DNA of 62,966 nucleotides, filler included, from Octopus bimaculoides (GCF_001194135.2; 4 parts of 4 records of this genome joined end to end with filler, not necessarily neighbours in it), one strand, 5' to 3'; positions 1 through 12,260 are shown, counted from the whole stretch's first letter. A program made the numbers and translations. The notes: generated by a model from the letters alone, not told the origin.

Positions 1-459
1 CTAGCAAACTCTCTTCTTTGGAGGCATAATCTATGTATATATTAAACAGAACAAAAGTTATAATAGATGGCAGGGTCGGTACTTTTCACATATCTGTAAT
101 TTTTCAGATTAACACCCGCACGATTACCCAACCCTAACCCTAAAACCCTAAACCTAACCCTAACCCTAATCCTAACCCTAAACCGTAACCCTAAAACCCG
201 AACCCTAACACCCTAGTGAAAATCGTGGTATATTTACCAAACATTGACGAACATGAGTTATATTGTTGTCAATGATTGTGTGTACAGGTAGAAGGTAAGA
301 AATATAAAAGTTGTTAGAAACAACAGTCAAATCTCCCTTAAATCACACAAAGTAACCGAAATTAAAAAATGTTTACATCAATGGAATTTTTTCGATGTGA
401 ACTTTCCAGTGCAGTAATTACACGCTCAACATATAATATAGAGAGTAAGAGTAAAAGAG

Positions 460-496
<37 letters not shown>

Positions 497-567
497 ACCC
501 TAACACTAACACCCTAGTGAAAATCGTGGTATATTTACCAAACATTGACGAACATGAGTTATATTGT
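1..567. repeat. Composite repeat with degenerate telomere-like (TAACCC)n tract; internal ~300-bp tandem duplication; related copy at 61160-61728
   Basis: TAACCC variants at ~126-212. 211-266 recurs at 512-567. 1-81 and 107-228 are reverse complements of 61648-61728 and ~61560-61637. Confidence 0.75.
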
Positions 568-1449
568 NNNNNNNNNNNNNNNNNNNNNNNNNNNNNNNNN
601 NNNNNNNNNNNNNNNNNNNNNNNNNNNNNNNNNNNNNNNNNNNNNNNNNNNNNNNNNNNNNNNNNNNNNNNNNNNNNNNNNNNNNNNNNNNNNNNNNNNN
701 NNNNNNNNNNNNNNNNNNNNNNNNNNNNNNNNNNNNNNNNNNNNNNNNNNNNNNNNNNNNNNNNNNNNNNNNNNNNNNNNNNNNNNNNNNNNNNNNNNNN
801 NNNNNNNNNNNNNNNNNNNNNNNNNNNNNNNNNNNNNNNNNNNNNNNNNNNNNNNNNNNNNNNNNNNNNNNNNNNNNNNNNNNNNNNNNNNNNNNNNNNN
901 NNNNNNNNNNNNNNNNNNNNNNNNNNNNNNNNNNNNNNNNNNNNNNNNNNNNNNNNNNNNNNNNNNNNNNNNNNNNNNNNNNNNNNNNNNNNNNNNNNNN
1001 NNNNNNNNNNNNNNNNNNNNNNNNNNNNNNNNNNNNNNNNNNNNNNNNNNNNNNNNNNNNNNNNNNNNNNNNNNNNNNNNNNNNNNNNNNNNNNNNNNNN
1101 NNNNNNNNNNNNNNNNNNNNNNNNNNNNNNNNNNNNNNNNNNNNNNNNNNNNNNNNNNNNNNNNNNNNNNNNNNNNNNNNNNNNNNNNNNNNNNNNNNNN
1201 NNNNNNNNNNNNNNNNNNNNNNNNNNNNNNNNNNNNNNNNNNNNNNNNNNNNNNNNNNNNNNNNNNNNNNNNNNNNNNNNNNNNNNNNNNNNNNNNNNNN
1301 NNNNNNNNNNNNNNNNNNNNNNNNNNNNNNNNNNNNNNNNNNNNNNNNNNNNNNNNNNNNNNNNNNNNNNNNNNNNNNNNNNNNNNNNNNNNNNNNNNNN
1401 NNNNNNNNNNNNNNNNNNNNNNNNNNNNNNNNNNNNNNNNNNNNNNNNN

Positions 1450-2049
1450 ATTATTGTACATAATGTGCAAAATAATGGTATCCGGAGCTTGATTTGAAAG
1501 AGTGAAACAGACTTCTAGCCTTTGTTTGCACTGCGAGAAGGCTCATGGGTATCTTTTTTTTTTATCAAATCTTCCATCCACATGAATAACAATTTCTCCA
1601 TTTCATGGATGGATCCCTGTCGTTGTTTGGTTAAAATTGTAAACTTCATAGGTTCAAAACCTTTTACAGCTTTACGAATTCTTTCTTCGTCGATACCGTG
1701 GAATGCGATAACTTCAAGTCACGTGCTATTGTATTCACTTTCTTTCCGCCTTCACACTTCTGGATAATCTTCATTTTAAGGTCTAAATCAAAAGCTTTGC
1801 TTTACTTTTTAGCTGGTGCATCTGTAGATGAAAGCATTTTCCTTTTACCAGTCATTTTAGGGGTATTTTGAGATACAGTTGCAACAAATCCCTATGCAAC
1901 CGATGCTTGAAAGCGACTCAGTGAGAGACAGCGGTAGGTAGTGGATGCCTGGGTCTGAGGGAAGCCTACCTTGCCAGATACTTCTATAGTTGTCGTACAC
2001 GCAGCTACCCAGCAATTGAAAATCGTATAGGTCGTAAGTCGAGAAGGTG
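1450..2049 (-). mobile_element. Tigger/pogo DNA transposon, 5' part (degenerate CENP-B-type HTH transposase N-terminus)
   Basis: Minus strand from ATG at 1855 reads MTGKRKMLSSTDAPAKK*SKAFDLDLKMKIIQKCEGGKKVNTIARDLKLSHSTVST..KERIRKAVKG..EMEKLLFMWMED..IPMSLLAVQTKARSLF. TIR-like CTCGACTTACGACC next to TA at ~2050. Confidence 0.85.
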
Positions 2050-2069
2050 TATATGTACGTATGTATATA

Positions 2070-2530
2070 CAGCAGAACCTCGCAGTACGAGTGCACCATT
2101 GTACAAGTAATTTGCTGTACGAGCCGAGGCTCATGCGAATTTTTGTCATGAACTACAAGTCGAAATCCGCAGTAAAAGCGAGTTACAAGCGACCGCTTGT
2201 CGGCGTTGAGCTCGCACACGTTCTCCCAACAAGCAGAGACTCCGTTCGCTCAGTTCACGTGTTTATCACGTGGTAGTATCCCCGTTGTGCTTTTCCCAGT
2301 GTCCTCGTTTTCGTTTTGTGCATTGTTTGCTATTATTTTATAATAATTGGTTTTGTTAGCCATGGGTCCTAAGAAGGTTAGCGCAAAGGACAGTGCTAAG
2401 AAGAAAAAAAAGCTGATTACGATGGAATTGAAGAAGGGAATCATAGATAAATATGAGAGAGTGTAGTAGACATAGCACGTCAATACAACCGAAGCACGTC
2501 GACGATCTGCACCATTGAAGAAAAAAGACT
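2070..2530 (+). mobile_element. Tigger DNA transposon, 5' fragment (TIGD1-like N-terminus)
   Basis: TA|CAGCAGAACCTCGCAGTACGAG terminus at 2070. ATG at 2362 gives MGPKKVSAKDSAKKKKKLITMELKKGIIDKYER, then a frameshift to VDIARQYNRSTSTICTI. Confidence 0.85.
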
Positions 2531-2552
2531 AGATCATGACCGTTAGAACAAG

Positions 2553-2716
2553 TCAATTACATTGACTTAGTGCACAACTGGTACTCATTTTATCGACCTG
2601 GAAGGATGTAAGACCAAGTCGACCCCGGCGGAATTTGAACTCGGAAAGTAAAGACGCATTAAATGCCGCTACGCCTTTTGCCCTGCGTGCTAACAATCCT
2701 GCCAGCTCACTGCCTT
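2553..2716 (-). mobile_element. tRNA-derived SINE, family A (degenerate)
   Basis: Reverse complement of the GGCGAGCTGGCAGAA..GAGTTCAAATTCCGCCG..GTCGAC head seen at 34550 and 47200. Confidence 0.8.
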
Positions 2717-3110
2717 AATACCAGCTTTTAGTAATATTCATTCTTGAAATATTTATGGTTATTTCTCCAGTTTTACTAATTCTATCCTTCCGAATGTAGA
2801 TATCTAAAACATCTTTTTACCCAAGAAGAAAGCTTGGTATCTAGACAGGATATGGCCCTGGTGACATTATTTACGGAGGACATAATGAGTTTCCCAGCCT
2901 TAAAGTCTGGTCATTTTACATATTTCAATGAGAAAAAAAAAAATAAAAGAATAAAAACACCCACTCGTTACAAGAAGAAATCGAAACATTTGACATTTTA
3001 CAGGATGTGCCTTTCAGGGTCTAGAAACTCAATTTTAGGTAGCAAAGGATGACAGGAAACTTCAGTAAGTAGCCACTCCTTTTATCAAGCGTTTCAATGA
3101 TCAGTGAAGT

Positions 3111-3181
<71 letters not shown>
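3111..3181. repeat. (AGT)n microsatellite
   Basis: Perfect trinucleotide run. Confidence 0.95.
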
Positions 3182-3498
3182 TCTTTTTCCTTTTCTTCTT
3201 GTAGTTGTTTTTGTACAGATGGTCACAACTTTCTTGTTGAAATGTTTATATATCGTTCGAATTATTAATCACGTGTTTTTCTTGTTTAGTGTTTCATTTC
3301 CTTTACACACACTCATATATATATACATCCACATAGATACATACACACATATAAACACACACACACACATATAAACACACACACACACATATAAACACAC
3401 ACACATATAAACCCAGGTTCACACTTATACACATACACACGCATACATATACCTTACTGTTCGTATATCATCACTATAGGCGTGGATATATAGTTAAG

Positions 3499-3604
3499 GA
3501 GACGCAATGGCCGAGTGGTTAGGGCAACGGACTCACGGTCATAGGATCGCGGTTTCGATTCCCAGACCGCGCGTTGTGAGTGTTTATTGAGCGAAAACAC
3601 CTAA
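3499..3604 (+). mobile_element. tRNA-derived SINE, family B, head only
   Basis: GCAATGGCCGAGTGGTTAGGGC (A box) and GGTTTCGATTCCC (B box); matches the copies at 13007 and 38516. Confidence 0.8.
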
Positions 3605-3721
3605 ATATTAATATATTTGTCTGCATGTGTTTATTTTATGCGCATTTCAGTATTATGATAACCTGACGTACATTTGTGTACATCATTAATATATGTGTGT
3701 GTGTGAGTGTGTGAATGTGTT

Positions 3722-3937
3722 TGCCTCGGTCCGACCAAATCCTTTTGAGTGGATTTGGTAGACGAAATCTGAAAGAAGCCCGTCGTAAACACACGCGCGC
3801 ACGCAAGCACACACACACACACATATACATTTATCTACATGTGTCTTTGTGTCTGTGTTTGTTCCCAATCACTGCTTTTGTGGCTGGTGTGTTTACAATC
3901 ACCGCAATTGTAGCTGGTGTGTTTACGTCCCCGTAAC
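3722..3937 (+). mobile_element. SINE family C, internal fragment
   Basis: CCGACCAAA..GTGGATTTGGTAGACG..GAAAGAAGCCCGTCGTA..GGTGTGTTTACGTCCCCGTAACT, shared with the copies at 20668 and 42430. Confidence 0.75.
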
Positions 3938-4329
3938 TGATCTCTGTTCTTCCCAGATGCACACTACCAGCAGAGCGGCTATGTTTAGTTTGGAACACAG
4001 AAAAGAAAACTAGAACGGTCAAGGTCAAACCTTTCTTGCGTAACCACAAGAGTACCACATTCTAGCATGTGAGTGCCGAAGGCCATGTGGCTAATCTAAA
4101 GAAAGTTTTGGTGAAAGTGCGAAAAAGTTATGACTTAGCTTTGTATGCTATAATACATACATACATGTTGTATATGAATAGATGTGTGTGTGCGTGCTTT
4201 CACGAAGTTGAAGTTCCAGAGTGAGAAGTAGAGTGTAAGAAGAGAAAAAGCTGAAGTATGAAGTAGTTCACTAGATAAATCTACTACCCAGAAAATCTCA
4301 ATAGAAATATATAGCATTAGATTATTACG

Positions 4330-5250
4330 CTTTCTTCTAGTTATATACAAAATAATGGTTGCATTCAAATACACAAATTTCTTGTACCAAAGCCGTCTCA
4401 GACATTACACAAAAGAATGAAACCTGGAATCTCACAGGCTTCAATCAATTTAACACATTAACTAGACGGCTTTTACCGTAAAAAACTAAACATGTTTCAG
4501 TCGCTGTTTAGCCAATCTCTTCTCTGATTAAATGTGCTGCATGATGCTTACGTTCAACAAAAAGTTCTTGCTATTCTGTTCTAGAAGAACAATAAATTCC
4601 AATATTAAAACGGTCACATGTATTATTACGTATACGGGAAAAAAAACTAACAGATAATGTTTCTGAACACCGTTCATACAGATTGTTTTTATATGTCTCA
4701 CCAAGACAACTGTCATAAAATGAAATAATGGCTGATGAGCAAATAAATTAAAAGACAGGTTTGTTATGAACTAAGCAGCTCTCAATGAAACGAAACAACA
4801 AATCACAGCCTAATGACTTTAAAACTTGGGTGTGTGAAGACATTTGGCTCTGACCTTACATAGGCTTAAGTCAGTCTTACCAGAATCACAAGTCCGTATG
4901 CCACGAGTAGCCGTTGGGGACAATATTAATATCAGTTGAATATTAGTTTTACTTTTGCTTTTTTTGTTTTTCCAAGTCACAAAATCACTGTCAATGTTAC
5001 CACTCAAATGCAAGTTACTTGTGGTGATTACTATATTCTTTGTCTCGATTATCACAAATAGTAGATATCTTCGGATGTCTTGTCTGTATCCCAAGTAATA
5101 CTTGCGGAGCAAATAAAAAAGAACTGGTCACAACTATTTCGAAACATAGAAACAGATTTTGGTTATTAGAAGTCGTAGGATTTCTTAGAAAACAGACGTA
5201 AAATTGTTAACAGGTCTATGAATATCGATATCGATACCATTAGCCTATTT
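4330..5250 (-). mobile_element. Possible highly degenerate Penelope-like element 3' region
   Basis: Minus-strand LGETYKNNLYERCSE resembles the GIY-YIG motif YIGETxRxLxERxxEH. A Cys-rich linker-like stretch lies upstream and a decayed hammerhead-like motif downstream. Confidence 0.4.
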
Positions 5251-5409
5251 TAGTTGGCTCTCATGACGACTGTTACAAGTATCTTGGAATTTAAGAGACC
5301 ATTGCATATTTTGGTGTAATAAATATAAATGAAGTGTTAAAATAATGTTTTGTCAGGCTTTGAGAGGTATGCGTGCTAGTGTTTACCGATGAGTCTTTCA
5401 CAGTACTAG

Positions 5410-5784
5410 TTGTTGGCACTCCGTCGCTTACGACGTCGAGGGTTCCAGTTGATCCGATCAACGGAACAGCCTGCTCGTGAAATTAACGTGCAAGTGGCTG
5501 AGCACTCCACAGACACATGCACCCTTAACGTAGTTGTCGGGGATATTCAGCGTGACAAGGCTGAGCCTTTGAATTACAGGCACAACAGAAACAGGAAGTA
5601 AGAGTGAGAGAAAGTTATGGTGGAAGAGTACAGCAGGGTTCACCACCATCCCCTGCCGGAGCCTCGTGGAGCTTTAGGTGTTTTCGCTTAATAAACACCC
5701 ACAACGTCCGGTCTGGGAATTGAAACCGCGATCCTATAACCGCGAGTCCGCTGCCCTAACAACTGGGCTATTGTGCCTCCACTA
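5410..5784 (-). mobile_element. SINE family B, full length, 11-bp TSD
   Basis: Complete reverse-complement copy; CACAGTACTAG at 5399-5409 and 5785-5795. Confidence 0.9.
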
Positions 5785-6904
5785 CACAGTACTAGTACTA
5801 ATCTCTGGAATATCTTTTTAGACAATTAAATATAGCTGCAACTTAGACACCAGAGAATAAAATACTTACCAGTGTAAACTTCGACGGTCTTTGTGACACT
5901 AATAGGGCTTATATTAAACAAAAGGAAAACGAAGAGAGTCGTATGGTTAGTTCTGATATCTTTTCGGTATTGTAGTATATCACCCAGGTATTGGACATTA
6001 ATCACGTATGCACTGAAAAGTTAAAATCATGCATGCACGCAAAAGCTAAAATAATATCATAAATGTTGAAGAACCCCTTAAAATACATTTTAAAAATCCA
6101 TATACCCTACATGCCCTGAAGCTGCTTCGACTAAGTTGAACAGAAACTAGAAATAGTGCTTATGTCAACAGTAAGCAATTCAGATGACATGAAATGAAGA
6201 AAAAAAAACATGTTGAAATGGAGAAAAAAAAGGAGGGTGTTGCGCCTTGAGTATCTCCTTTAAATTGCATCTAAAAGAATTCACCTTCGCTATTCAAGAG
6301 CAGGAGACAAATATAAAATAGACTCCAAAGTTGTCACTTTGTGATAGAAAATATTTTTTGTAAAAACTCGGGGGAAAATATCATTTTCAGTATCAATGGC
6401 TTCTCTTCAATGACATCAATGCCAAAACTGTATTTACAAGATTTAGAAGTCTGTGTAGCATTTAAACAATGTCTATTTTATCGTTATATGTTTGGTTTAT
6501 ATATATATATATATATATATTTGATATTATTTTTCCCATTCTTTTGACAACTTAGAAGTATATATGGTTCTGTATATCTTAGAAAAATGCCGTTATCAAA
6601 AGAAGAGAATATCCATTATGCTAAAAATTACAATAATGTAGCGGTAATCCTGTTCAATTGATCGGACACACATAGTTCGACTCTCCGGATTGGTCCGAGT
6701 GACTGGTAATATAAATGATGGAAGTAGTCCGGCTATCCTGGAATCTCTACGCCGTGACAGTGAACAAGGGGACTGGGGTATGAGGATTTTATTGGATGGA
6801 ACGAGGAGGTGGGTGAAAGCAGTCAAGGAAGGTGGCATATGTGATGCAGAGATAGAAATAAAGGGAAGACAAATCATATACTGTTAGAGTGATGTGTTGA
6901 GGAA

Positions 6905-7125
6905 ATGGCGCTGGCGTGACTCTGTCGATAAGAAGCCTACTCCCTAATCATGAGGTCTTAGGTTCAGTCCCACTGCCTGGCATCAAGGCCATGTGAGTGT
7001 ATTAGATAGACAAAAAAACAGAGAGAAGCCTGTTGTGTGTGCGTATGTATATACATTTCTATTTGTTTACACACACACATTCTGGGGTCAGCCAGAATAA
7101 AATAGTAATCAAAGAGGTCAATAGA
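6905..7125 (+). mobile_element. SINE family C, degenerate 5' part
   Basis: GGTTCAGTCCCACTGC B-box segment and GAGAAGCCTGTTGTGTG remnant. Confidence 0.6.
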
Positions 7126-7529
7126 TAAAAAAATGGTTGAGAACCCCTGCTGCAGATTATGTCTCTCGAATTCTTATATCTACACATTTAAGAATCTTTT
7201 TTTAGGGTATATTTGTTTCAACGCGTAGCTGGTGAGTCTGAGTACAGACTTTCGTGAAGTTAAGTGCGTTATTTTGTGTTTTTGTAGTCGGTGATGTGAA
7301 GAGTTAGACCTGAGGCACAGTGAAAGACGGATCAAATGTATTGTTTCAAATCTTTAGTGTGGAACTAACCTGTGGAGTCAAATGAGTTCAGTAGTTGGCC
7401 GCCTAATTGATATTCACTACAGGGGTCTCAGACAATATTAAGGATTTACAGAATGTAAGTTATCCTTAGCCTATCCCAAACAGAGTTGTTAACATACATA
7501 CAAACGCGCACACGCACTTACAGTCTATG

Positions 7530-7563
<34 letters not shown>

Positions 7564-7683
7564 TTACACCCCCGTCTTCAAATAGTCTATTAAGAAACAT
7601 GGATGTCATCTTTTGTCGTTCACCTGCGATATATATATGATCAAGTGCGTTAGGCGACAATTGAACCGTTTATGTTTCTCCTC

Positions 7684-7794
<111 letters not shown>

Positions 7795-7802
7795 CTTTTA
7801 TT

Positions 7803-7945
7803 CTTTTACTTGTTTCTGTCATCTGACTGCGGCCATGCTGGAGCACCACCTTAAAGTGTTTTTGTCAAACAAATCGACCCCAGAACTGATTCTTTGTAAG
7901 TCTAGTATTTATTTATTCTCTTACTTTTGCCGAATCGCTAGGTTA
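7803..7945 (-). mobile_element. SINE family C, 3' part
   Basis: GACTGCGGCCATGCTGGAGCACC..AAATCGACCCCAG..ATTCTTTGTAAG is the reverse complement of the family C tail. Confidence 0.75.
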
Positions 7946-8249
7946 TTGGCGAGGGGACAAACACACACACACACATGCACACACACAGACACACTCACAT
8001 ACATACATACATACACACACATATATATATATATATATAAGTTAAAAAAAACAATAACAAAAAAACAACAAAGTGAGGACGTGATACGGATAGTGTTATT
8101 GGACGCTCAGGAAAGGAAAGAGTAAGAGTATGAATATAAAGATCGAATTCAATGAAAGTAAAGTTTTTTTTAAATTGGCAAAAGACCACATCTTGTATGA
8201 AGAAACAGTCAATTCAATCATTACTATTACTCGACTAATATTATTTGAC

Positions 8250-8401
8250 TCTTACTTCTATTTTATTGAACCCTAGAAGGATGAATGGTAACGTCGACCT
8301 CGGTGAGATTTGAACTCAGAACGTAGAGGAAAGTAATAATGATTTTTAATATACGATGAAACATTTTGTCCGATTTGTATCAATTCTTCAATACTACCGC
8401 C
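8250..8401 (-). mobile_element. SINE family A, degenerate
   Basis: GTCGACCTCGG..ATTTGAACTCAGAACGTA core. Confidence 0.7.
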
Positions 8402-9899
8402 CCCTCTTTCTCTCTCTCTCTCTCTCTCTCTCCCTTCTTCTCTACCCACATCACACTCTTTTTTCATCCACAGAGACAGTCACAAACATATACAAACGCG
8501 CGTGCACGCACACACCATAATATTAATTGATTTAACTTTTTCTTATTATTATACACTACTGTTTTATCGATTTTCTTCCTGATTAAGAGAAGTTTCTATT
8601 TCTAAAGTAATAAAAAGTTGATTAATTAAAGAAGTATTGGATATAACCATAGAATAGATTGTTTTATTTTCATATCCTATTTGTATCTGATTGCCAAAAA
8701 TAGGTATCGAACAAATCAGATAACTTTACTTATGCAGTGTGTATATTCATCTATGTATGTATTTGTATATCAATCTATCGATGTCTCATATATATATATA
8801 TATANNNNNNNNNNNNNNNNNNNNNNNNNNNNNNNNNNNNNNNNNNNNNNNNNNNNNNNNNNNNNNNNNNNNNNNNNNNNNNNNNNNNNNNNNNNNNNNN
8901 NNNNNNNNNNNNNNNNNNNNNNNNNNNNNNNNNNNNNNNNNNNNNNNNNNNNNNNNNNNNNNNNNNNNNNNNNNNNNNNNNNNNNNNNNNNNNNNNNNNN
9001 NNNNNNNNNNNNNNNNNNNNNNNNNNNNNNNNNNNNNNNNNNNNNNNNNNNNNNNNNNNNNNNNNNNNNNNNNNNNNNNNNNNNNNNNNNNNNNNNNNNN
9101 NNNNNNNNNNNNNNNNNNNNNNNNNNNNNNNNNNNNNNNNNNNNNNNNNNNNNNNNNNNNNNNNNNNNNNNNNNNNNNNNNNNNNNNNNNNNNNNNNNNN
9201 NNNNNNNNNNNNNNNNNNNNNNNNNNNNNNNNNNNNNNNNNNNNNNNNNNNNNNNNNNNNNNNNNNNNNNNNNNNNNNNNNNNNNNNNNNNNNNNNNNNN
9301 NNNNNNNNNNNNNNNNNNNNNNNNNNNNNNNNNNNNNNNNNNNNNNNNNNNNNNNNNNNNNNNNNNNNNNNNNNNNNNNNNNNNNNNNNNNNNNNNNNNN
9401 NNNNNNNNNNNNNNNNNNNNNNNNNNTATATATATATATATATATTTATTTATTTATTTATTTATATGTATGTATGTATGTATGTATATGTATGTATCAA
9501 AAGGATGTTATAACACTATTTCACATATAGAAAAACAGCGATACCAGCAATCCGACATACCTCCATCATCAGCTGCCTTATGGTATCATTATGGTTTCGA
9601 CGAAGGATATCATTATGTATGTATGTATATATGTATGTATGTATGTATGTATATATTTATATATTATCCAAATGATAAGAAGACAAAGAAAATTCTCTAA
9701 CACATCTTCAATAATTCGATACTATTGCTTCTATACCATCTCCGTTTGCGACCCCAGTTTACGCAACAATTCGAAGTGAAAATTTACGTAATGTTTGCAG
9801 TTTTAGACATTAGATGGAAGAGGCAGCGAACGCGCTGTTTCTGACTGGCCGAAAATTCTGTAAGTTATTAAACTTTCAACACTTGTGTGTGTGCGTGCG

Positions 9900-10078
9900 T
9901 ATAGACACAAACATACGACGGGCTCCTTCAGTTTCCGTCTACCAAAACCGCTGAGAAGGCTTTGGTTGGCCCGGGACTATAATAGAAATCACTTGCCCAA
10001 GGTGCCATGCAGGGGGATTGAACCCAGAACCATGTGATTGGGAAGCAAACTTCTTACCATGCACCCCCACCTGCGTCT
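9900..10078 (-). mobile_element. SINE family C, 5' part
   Basis: CAGTTTCCGTCTACCAAA..TTGCCCAAGGTGCCATGCAG..GAACCCAGAACCATGTG is the reverse complement of the family C head. Confidence 0.8.
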
Positions 10079-10210
10079 ACATATGTGTATAAAATTGACG
10101 CAGGCGAGAGTGTGGGGTAAGAAGTTTCTATAGAAGGGTATATATGTGTATATATAAGGAGTTTGTATAGAAGTGTGTGTGCGTGTGTGCGTATATATAT
10201 ATGTTTATAA

Positions 10211-10250
<40 letters not shown>

Positions 10251-10254
10251 GCGC

Positions 10255-10319
<65 letters not shown>

Positions 10320-10439
10320 CATATATATATATAATCAAAGGGATTGGTTTCGGCCTGCGACAGAAAGATATTTGTTCGTAAACCTCACTCGTTACCTACT
10401 AATTATACACCCACCATGCGTTTAAAGTACCGTGAACTG

Positions 10440-12260
10440 CTAGAGCTTAAATTAAACAAGTACAGAGTATTAAACATAAATTAACTAATTGAAATATGAC
10501 TAGTTGTGCGTTATATTAGTATATCGCTATTGATTAGTGTACTTACAAAGGATGCTACAACATTACTGCTTCCATGGCGGGAAATTTTTGAATTTTAATT
10601 GATTTAATGACAAAAGTCAAGAAGCTTGGAGTTCATTAGTATTACTTGTATTTGACGGTTTCATCTTATATTTCGAATATTGCATGAGAGAAGTTGAATT
10701 CACAAGGCATATATTCTGCCTGGCTGTCTCTTCAAACATTTCATCTAAGGAAGTAACATTTTGGTGTAGTTTTTCAAGCATCTAATGTATATTCCATAGG
10801 TTTTGTTGCGTAGCGAAGGTAACTCGATTAATTTGTCAACGGAAAGTCTTTCAGCGATATCTACTTCATCTTCATCATTTTTTTTCATCTTTATCAGCTT
10901 TCAGAACAGTGTCTCTGGTTAAATCTTCTTTATCAACATAACTTTNNNNNNNNNNNNNNNNNNNNNNGCTTGGAGTTCATTAGTATTACTTGTATTTGAC
11001 GGTTTCATCTTATATTTCGAATATTGCATGAGAGAAGTTGAATTCACAAGGCATATATTCTGCCTGGCTGTCTCTTCAAACATTTCATCTAAGGAAGTAA
11101 CATTTTGGTGTAGTTTTTCAAGCATCTAATGTATATTCCATAGGTTTTGTTGCGTAGCGAAGGTAACTCGATTAATTTGTCAACGGAAAGTCTTTCAGCG
11201 ATATCTACTTCATCTTCATCATTTTTTTTCATCTTTATCAGCTTTCAGAACAGTGTCTCTGGTTAAATCTTCTTTATCAACATAACTTTCCATTTCTTTG
11301 GCAACAGGTTCTGTGACACTATTTTTTACATAGTCAAACAACTCATGAACAACTTTTTCCTTTGATACAGGAAATCCTGTGAAATCTTTCTCAATATTTT
11401 CACCTGCTACATTATCAAATATCAATGCAGTCCACAACTTATGTCACCCTCTCTTAAACACCGATGCTTCCACCCTCCTCCATCCCCTAGCAATGTACCA
11501 AAGGACACCTTTCATGTTGAATTCATTGATAAACATCTGTGCAGATTTGCTAATATCCATTACATCTAACATATATTTCATGAAAAGTGAGCGATATTTA
11601 TTCTTAGAGAACGCAATATTACTTGGCCTCGGGGCTGACTAAGTGATTTACAGCTGAGTGGTAAATACTTTTCTTACGCATGTGTTCACCTTTAGTGTGC
11701 GCTGAGCAGTTGTCCAAAATAAGAAAAAAATTGCGGATTGCTGATAGGCCTACAGAAATACAACGTGCTCTGGCTGTTGGCACAAAAAATTTTAAAAACC
11801 ATTCCAGCATAATGTCGGCTGTAACCCAGGTACTTTTATTTTTACGGTATCTTACCGGGTAAATTTTAAAATCTTTCAATCACTGCAGAATCTAAATCTT
11901 TTTATTGCCAACAGCTTACATCAGTGCGTACCTACTGCGTTTGAACACCCTAAGAGGACAACTATGCCTGTAGATTTTTTTAAATCTTGTAGTTTCGTCT
12001 TCGTAATTTAATGTTGTTTTCTTAGGTGTGAATGTATACAACGCTAATATAATGTTTTCGCTAATATAATGCAGTTTTTTGTAGCATCATACGCGAGCAT
12101 AGAGGTGAGATCTTCGTCAGATTTTCGCAGATTCATCAACATACTTTGCTACTGCTTCGTGGTTTGCAAACTGCTTTTCTTCGCCCTTTACTCTTTATTC
12201 ATGGAAATTCCACAGTATCCGAAATTTTGAAAACATGTTTCACTGTAAGTTCACTCTTAT
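10440..12260 (-). mobile_element. Tigger/Jerky-like pogo transposase pseudogene (DDE_1 domain and C-terminus)
   Basis: PVRYRKNKSTWVTADIMLEWFLKFFVPTAR..FLILDNCSAH, then YLPLSCKSLSQPRGQVILRSL (cf. FLPPNTTSLIQPxDQGII); many stops and frameshifts. Confidence 0.85.

Noticed and set aside
517-1497. Long ORFs spanning N runs (here and at 8681, 16064, 19118, 28707, 31791, 33422, 40280 and others)
   Set aside because: They consist of X residues from gaps or of translated microsatellites.
7206-7454. Two exon-like segments with good AG/GT sites (7206-7231, 7288-7454); a similar one at ~3957-4068
   Set aside because: The longer segments have stops in all frames and the intron would be only 56 nt; such matches are expected by chance without RNA evidence.
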